A DNA stretch of 61,431 nucleotides, filler included. It is 5 parts of 5 records of this genome, joined end to end, with 100 filler letters (N's around TTAATTAATTAA, not from the genome) between each part and the next. Parts side by side here need not be neighbours in the genome. Positions count along the whole stretch, not along the records: positions 55,137 to 61,431 come from SRR20825010_1391; 4 more parts are not named here. One strand, 5' to 3'. Shown here piece after piece: positions 56,647 through 61,431 of this stretch. How positions within the stretch are numbered: position 1 is the stretch's first letter; the number at the start of each line of letters is the position of its first letter. Position numbers and translations under genes: made by a program. Below the pieces are notes generated by a model that saw only the letters and a list, made by a program, of their open reading frames with translations, ran no database searches and had not been told where the DNA came from.

Positions 56647-58041
56647 CTACCCAAACATACCGAGCAGCCACCACCAAGCGAAGTCCAGCGGCAGAATCAA
56701 GCCAAGCGATGCGATGGCCAGAAAGAAGCATGCCCGCGCACCGACCCGAATCGGCACGCCCCCGAGTTGCATGCCGATTATGAATGGCGGCACCTGGTAC
56801 GGCAGGATCACAGTCGAAAAACCGACGACAATCAGATTGAGCACGAGAAACACCGGAAAGCCGCTTGCCTCAGCCACCTGATCCGCGAGCGGTGCCAAGA
56901 CGGCCGGCACGGCCGGCATGGTGGAAATCATCCCCATCAGGGTGCCGATACCGGCAATGACCGCAAAATTCTGGGCCGGCTGCCCTGGCGCGAGACCGGC
57001 AATCGCGATCAGCTTCTCGCCAATCCATCCGCCCAGTCCCGACTGCGAGACCAGCGCACCGACGGCAAGAATACCGGCGATATAGATCAACGGATTGAGG
57101 GATATTTTCTGCCGGTAGACTTCAGCGGACACCAGCCCCGCCCCTGGCATCAGGCAAAGCACGCCCACACCAAGCGACACCCAGGCGGCCGAAACACCGT
57201 GGACCGCGTCCGTCGACCAGAAAACCAGCGCGGCGGCGAGATAGAGTGCCATCTTTCGCTCGGCAAGACTCATGCCCGACCAGTTCCCGCGCATGTCTTC
57301 CTGCTCCGCTGCATCCGCATGACCGGGCTCGCGGAACATCCAGGTCAGCAGCAGGGCAATCACCACCGCCTTGACGGCACCAAGCACCGGGAAATGCAGC
57401 AACAAATAGTCGAAATAGCGGATATGTACGCCGTGCGACGTTTCCGCCGCGCCAACCAGCACATTGTTCGGCACATTCGCCGGAAGCACACCGACCGAAC
57501 AGAGATAGGAGGTGAGAATCATCGCCAGCACCATGCCGTTCCGCCCCTTGCTGCCGGCCGGATAACCGAGCCGGTCGGCCAAAGCGGTCATGATCGGCAT
57601 CAGCAGGACGATTCGCGACAGGGTCGACGGCATCAGGAAGATCAGCACAACGGAGACGATGACGATCCCGGTTATGACCGCGCCGTAACCGCCGGAAATA
57701 CGGGCAGTGATAGCCCGGGCCAGGCGCTTGCCAAGACCGGTGACATCCACGGCGGCCCCGATGATCAGCCCCCCCAGAACAAGCCAGAAAGCACCCGAGG
57801 CGAATCCGGAGAACACGACCTCCGGCGGCGCAACCGAAAACACCATGGCGAGGAAGAACAGCAGCATCGCCACCAGATGCTCGGCAATGGCCCCTGTTGC
57901 CCAAAGCCCGATACAGAGCACAACCAGCGCTCCCGCGGGCGCCGCGCCGTCCGGCATGCCGACAGGCGGAAATAAAGCCAGCCAGCCAGCAAAGGCAAAA
58001 ACCGGCAAGAGAATCAGGTGGCGGGGCTGCAAATGCGACAT
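56647..58041 (-). CDS. SLC13/DASS-family permease
   Basis: LWATG..EH, FSGF.S.AFWLV.GG, LPANVPN, PYQ.PP; many TM helices. Confidence 0.85.
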   Translation of the reverse strand: MSHLQPRHLILLPVFAFAGWLALFPPVGMPDGAAPAGALVVLCIGLWATGAIAEHLVAMLLFFLAMVFSVAPPEVVFSGFASGAFWLVLGGLIIGAAVDVTGLGKRLARAITARISGGYGAVITGIVIVSVVLIFLMPSTLSRIVLLMPIMTALADRLGYPAGSKGRNGMVLAMILTSYLCSVGVLPANVPNNVLVGAAETSHGVHIRYFDYLLLHFPVLGAVKAVVIALLLTWMFREPGHADAAEQEDMRGNWSGMSLAERKMALYLAAALVFWSTDAVHGVSAAWVSLGVGVLCLMPGAGLVSAEVYRQKISLNPLIYIAGILAVGALVSQSGLGGWIGEKLIAIAGLAPGQPAQNFAVIAGIGTLMGMISTMPAVPAVLAPLADQVAEASGFPVFLVLNLIVVGFSTVILPYQVPPFIIGMQLGGVPIRVGARACFFLAIASLGLILPLDFAWWWLLGMFG

Positions 58042-58107
58042 CGAAAAACTCTTCAACTGAACAGGCGGGAAAGCGACCAGATGACCCGCCAGGCAGGCCC
58101 TTGCCGA

Positions 58108-60129
58108 TCAGTCAGCGATACGCGTCTCGAAGAGCAGCAAATCCGCCCCCTCCTCGACCTGATCGCCGGGCCCGTAATGCAATGCCGCGACAACACCGTC
58201 ATCCGGAGCCCTGATCACATGCTCCATCTTCATGGCTTCCAGCACCATCAACGGATCACCCTTGGCGACTTCCGCGCCTTCGGCAACATGGACCGCGATC
58301 AGTTTGCCGGGCATCGGCGCGGCGACGTGACCGGAATCTTCCCCGGCCTCGGCTCCGGAAGCCAGTGCCGTTTTCAAAACATAGCGGTGCGCCGTACCGT
58401 CATAAAAGACGGTCACCGCATCGCCTTCGAAGGCGGCCTCGGCATGGACCGCAATCCCGTCAATCCTGGCCTCCAGACGCCCGTCCTCATGCAGGGAGGC
58501 GCCAATCCGGACCTGCTTTTCCCCTTGCCCGAACACGTAGGTTCCGGCCTCAAGGCGGTAGAGCAATAACAGCTCGTCCGCCCCCTGCAGCAGCGTCACC
58601 CCGTGCTGGGGATTGTCATTCAGGCGCCAGCCATACGCCATTGCCCACGGCGAATAGGGATCACCGCCAAGGCGGGCTTGCCGCACCACGTCCAGACGCT
58701 CCGCTTCCAGAAGAGCCGCAGCGGCCAGCAGCGGCATGCTGGTCGCCTCCCCGGCTCCACCGGCGGCAAGATCCTCGCGGTAGGTCTCGATAAAGCGCGT
58801 ATCGACTCCGCCAGCGATAAAAGCCGGATGCTCGATGATTCGCTTCAGATAAGGGACATTGTTCGCCAGCCCGGCAATCCGGGTCTGCCCGAGCGCCCGC
58901 GACATACGGCGCAGAGCCTCCGCCCGGTCCCGGCCATGGGTGATCAGCTTGGCGATCATCGGGTCGTAATGAACGCTGACGGAATCCCCCTCAGCGACGC
59001 CGGTATCCACCCGCACCCCGTCCATTTCCTCCGGGAAGGCCAGGTGGCCCAGCCGTCCGGTCTGCGGCAGGAATTCACGTTCCGGATCCTCGGCATAGAT
59101 CCGCACTTCAAGCGCATGACCCGACGCCGTGATCTGGTCCTGCGTGAGCGGCAGTGTTCCGCCTTCCGCCACCCTAATCTGCCAGGCGACAAGATCTTCG
59201 CCGGTGATAGCCTCTGTCACCGGGTGCTCTACCTGCAGACGGGTGTTCATCTCCATGAAATAGAAGGCGCCACCCTCATCCATGATGAACTCGACCGTAC
59301 CGGCGCCGACATAGTCAATCGCCTTCGCCGCATCGATCGCCGCTTTCGCCATCGATGTGCGCACGGTCTCGTCCAGCCCTGGCGCCGGCGCCTCCTCGAC
59401 GACCTTCTGGTGACGGCGCTGAACCGAGCAGTCCCGCTCGAAAAGATGCACCGCATTGCCGTGCCGGTCCGCGAAAACCTGCACCTCCACATGACGCGGC
59501 CGCGTCAGGTATTTCTCGATCAGCAGCCGGTCGTCACCAAAAGCAGCAGCGGCCTCTCGCTTGGCGGCGGCGATACCGTCTGCCAGATCCTCTGCCCGCT
59601 CGACCACGCGCATACCCTTGCCACCGCCGCCCGCGCTCGCCTTGAGCAGCACCGGAAAACCGATATCTGCCGCCGCTTTTTTCAGTGTCTCCGCAGACTG
59701 GTCTGCACCGTGATAGCCCGGCACAAGCGGAACACCGGCTTTCGCCATGATGTCCTTGGCGGCCGCCTTCGATCCCATAGCCTCAATGGCCGGAACATCC
59801 GGGCCGATGAAAAGAATATCCGCTTCCGCGCAGGCGCGTGCGAGTTCGGGATTTTCAGAGAGGAAGCCGTAGCCCGGATGGATCGCATCCGCGCCCGCCG
59901 CCTTTGCCGCCTCAATCAGGCGGTCAATCCGGAGATAGGATTCGGCCGCCGGAGCCGGACCGATAAAATAAGCCGTATCGGCGGCGGCAACATGCAATGC
60001 GGCTGCATCCGCTTCCGAATAAACCGCAACCGTGCGGATGCCGAGTGAACGGGCCGTTCGGGCGATCCGGCAGGCAATCTCGCCCCGGTTCGCGATCAGC
60101 ACTGTGCGAATGGTGCGACGCTCCGTCAT
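58108..60129 (-). CDS. liuD: 3-methylcrotonyl-CoA carboxylase alpha subunit
   Basis: ANRGEIA, HPGYGFLSEN, ERDCSVQRRHQK, EMNTRLQVEH, EAMKM; follows liuB and liuC. Confidence 0.88.
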   Translation of the reverse strand: MTERRTIRTVLIANRGEIACRIARTARSLGIRTVAVYSEADAAALHVAAADTAYFIGPAPAAESYLRIDRLIEAAKAAGADAIHPGYGFLSENPELARACAEADILFIGPDVPAIEAMGSKAAAKDIMAKAGVPLVPGYHGADQSAETLKKAAADIGFPVLLKASAGGGGKGMRVVERAEDLADGIAAAKREAAAAFGDDRLLIEKYLTRPRHVEVQVFADRHGNAVHLFERDCSVQRRHQKVVEEAPAPGLDETVRTSMAKAAIDAAKAIDYVGAGTVEFIMDEGGAFYFMEMNTRLQVEHPVTEAITGEDLVAWQIRVAEGGTLPLTQDQITASGHALEVRIYAEDPEREFLPQTGRLGHLAFPEEMDGVRVDTGVAEGDSVSVHYDPMIAKLITHGRDRAEALRRMSRALGQTRIAGLANNVPYLKRIIEHPAFIAGGVDTRFIETYREDLAAGGAGEATSMPLLAAAALLEAERLDVVRQARLGGDPYSPWAMAYGWRLNDNPQHGVTLLQGADELLLLYRLEAGTYVFGQGEKQVRIGASLHEDGRLEARIDGIAVHAEAAFEGDAVTVFYDGTAHRYVLKTALASGAEAGEDSGHVAAPMPGKLIAVHVAEGAEVAKGDPLMVLEAMKMEHVIRAPDDGVVAALHYGPGDQVEEGADLLLFETRIAD

Positions 60130-60935
60130 CAGGCAATCCAGTCCGGTTTGCGTTTTTCCAGGAATGCCGACAACCCTTCACGGCCTTCCCGCGTCGCCCG
60201 CTGACCGGCAATCCGCTGTGCGGTTTCCCGCCGGGTCGTATCGTCAAGTTCGCGTCCGGCGACCTCCCGCAACAGGGTTTTCGAAGCCCGTATAGCCTTT
60301 GGTCCGCCTTTCTTCAGTTCCCTGAGAATAGAGCCGACTTCTTCCTCCAGTGCATCAGGCGTGCAGACTCCATGTAACAGCCCCATGCGCAACGCCTCGG
60401 CCGCGCCGAACCGTTCCCCGGTCTGGAACCAGCGATGGGATTCCCGGATACCGATGGCCTGGATGACATAGGGGCTGATAATCCCTGGAATAATGCCGAG
60501 CCGGACCTCGGAAAGAGAAAATTGCGCGCTGTCCGCCGCCACCGCGATATCACAGCAGGCGCAAAGGCCGAGACCACCGCCCATCGCCGCGCCGTTGACC
60601 TTGGCAATCGTCGTCATCGGCAACTCATAGAGTGCGTCCATCATGTTCGAGAACCGCATCGCGTCCTCAAAATTCTCGTGCTGCGTATGGTCTGCCGCCC
60701 GCTTCATCCAGTTGAGGTCGGCACCAGCGGAAAAGCTCTTTCCCGCACCGGTCAGAACCACGGCAAGGAGATCGTCCCGGCCAGCCAGCGAGCGGAACAA
60801 TCCATGCAGATCCCCGATCAGAATCTCATCGAAGGCATTGTGGATGTCCGGCCGGTTCAGCGTGACGGTGACGATGCCTTCCGCGTCCTCGACGAGCAGA
60901 CTCTCGGGCCGTTTTGGCGTGTATTCACTGTGCAT
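60129..60935 (-). CDS. liuC: Methylglutaconyl-CoA hydratase
   Basis: NRPD.HNAF, FSAGADLNWM, SEVRLG..P..ISPYV; between the two carboxylase subunits. Confidence 0.88.
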   Translation of the reverse strand: MHSEYTPKRPESLLVEDAEGIVTVTLNRPDIHNAFDEILIGDLHGLFRSLAGRDDLLAVVLTGAGKSFSAGADLNWMKRAADHTQHENFEDAMRFSNMMDALYELPMTTIAKVNGAAMGGGLGLCACCDIAVAADSAQFSLSEVRLGIIPGIISPYVIQAIGIRESHRWFQTGERFGAAEALRMGLLHGVCTPDALEEEVGSILRELKKGGPKAIRASKTLLREVAGRELDDTTRRETAQRIAGQRATREGREGLSAFLEKRKPDWIA

Positions 60936-60938
60936 CTG

Positions 60939-61431
<493 letters not shown>

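Noticed and set aside
56578-60048. 465-aa and 481-aa plus-strand ORFs
   Set aside because: Antisense shadows of the SLC13 permease and liuD
588-60129. Functional link between the contig-1 biotin carrier and the contig-5 carboxylase
   Set aside because: Different contigs, and LiuD has its own biotinyl domain

Overview
The window is not one replicon. It is five unrelated contigs joined by artificial 100-nt spacers (44 N + TTAATTAATTAA + 44 N at 5446-5545, 19846-19945, 32973-33072, 55037-55136), so gene context applies only within a contig. Taxonomy below is inferred from gene content and order, not from a search. Contig 1 (1-5445, alphaproteobacterial): typA 3' end, a biotinyl carrier, DUF4870, a 1077-aa TipN/GPR-like polar coiled-coil protein and a CaiB CoA-transferase. 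Contig 2 (5546-19845, gammaproteobacterial, possibly Alcanivorax-like): a fatty-acid alpha-dioxygenase fused to a catalase-like domain, a cytochrome c/Vgb-propeller fusion, a yidD-DUF2946-ZnuD-AztD metal-uptake operon, two START proteins, DUF2254, FadR and a YfeH-type symporter. Contig 3 (19946-32972, alphaproteobacterial): tRNA-Pro, the DUF2842/ctaA/metY/rplM neighbourhood, and an islet of four tandem GNAT-like paralogs plus a methyltransferase and a PhyH-type hydroxylase. Contig 4 (33073-55036, alphaproteobacterial): ethylmalonyl-CoA pathway genes (ecm, ccr, mcd) split by a persulfide-detox cassette, an unknown vWA operon, PagL, haloalkane dehalogenase, pduO and etfB. Contig 5 (55137-61431): an rRNA-operon leader and liuBCD genes. 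The strongest candidate for a new system is in contig 2. The Pro-Pro-Val-Ser codons of an RGPP-ending, CxxC-containing uORF are complementary to the Shine-Dalgarno region of the zinc-type TonB receptor about 190 nt downstream, and the uORF is translationally coupled to an orphan yidD. This suggests a metal-sensing ribosome-stalling switch for zinc uptake. Next in interest are the alpha-DOX/catalase fusion and the four-paralog GNAT islet. No CRISPR array, transposase or integrase was seen.
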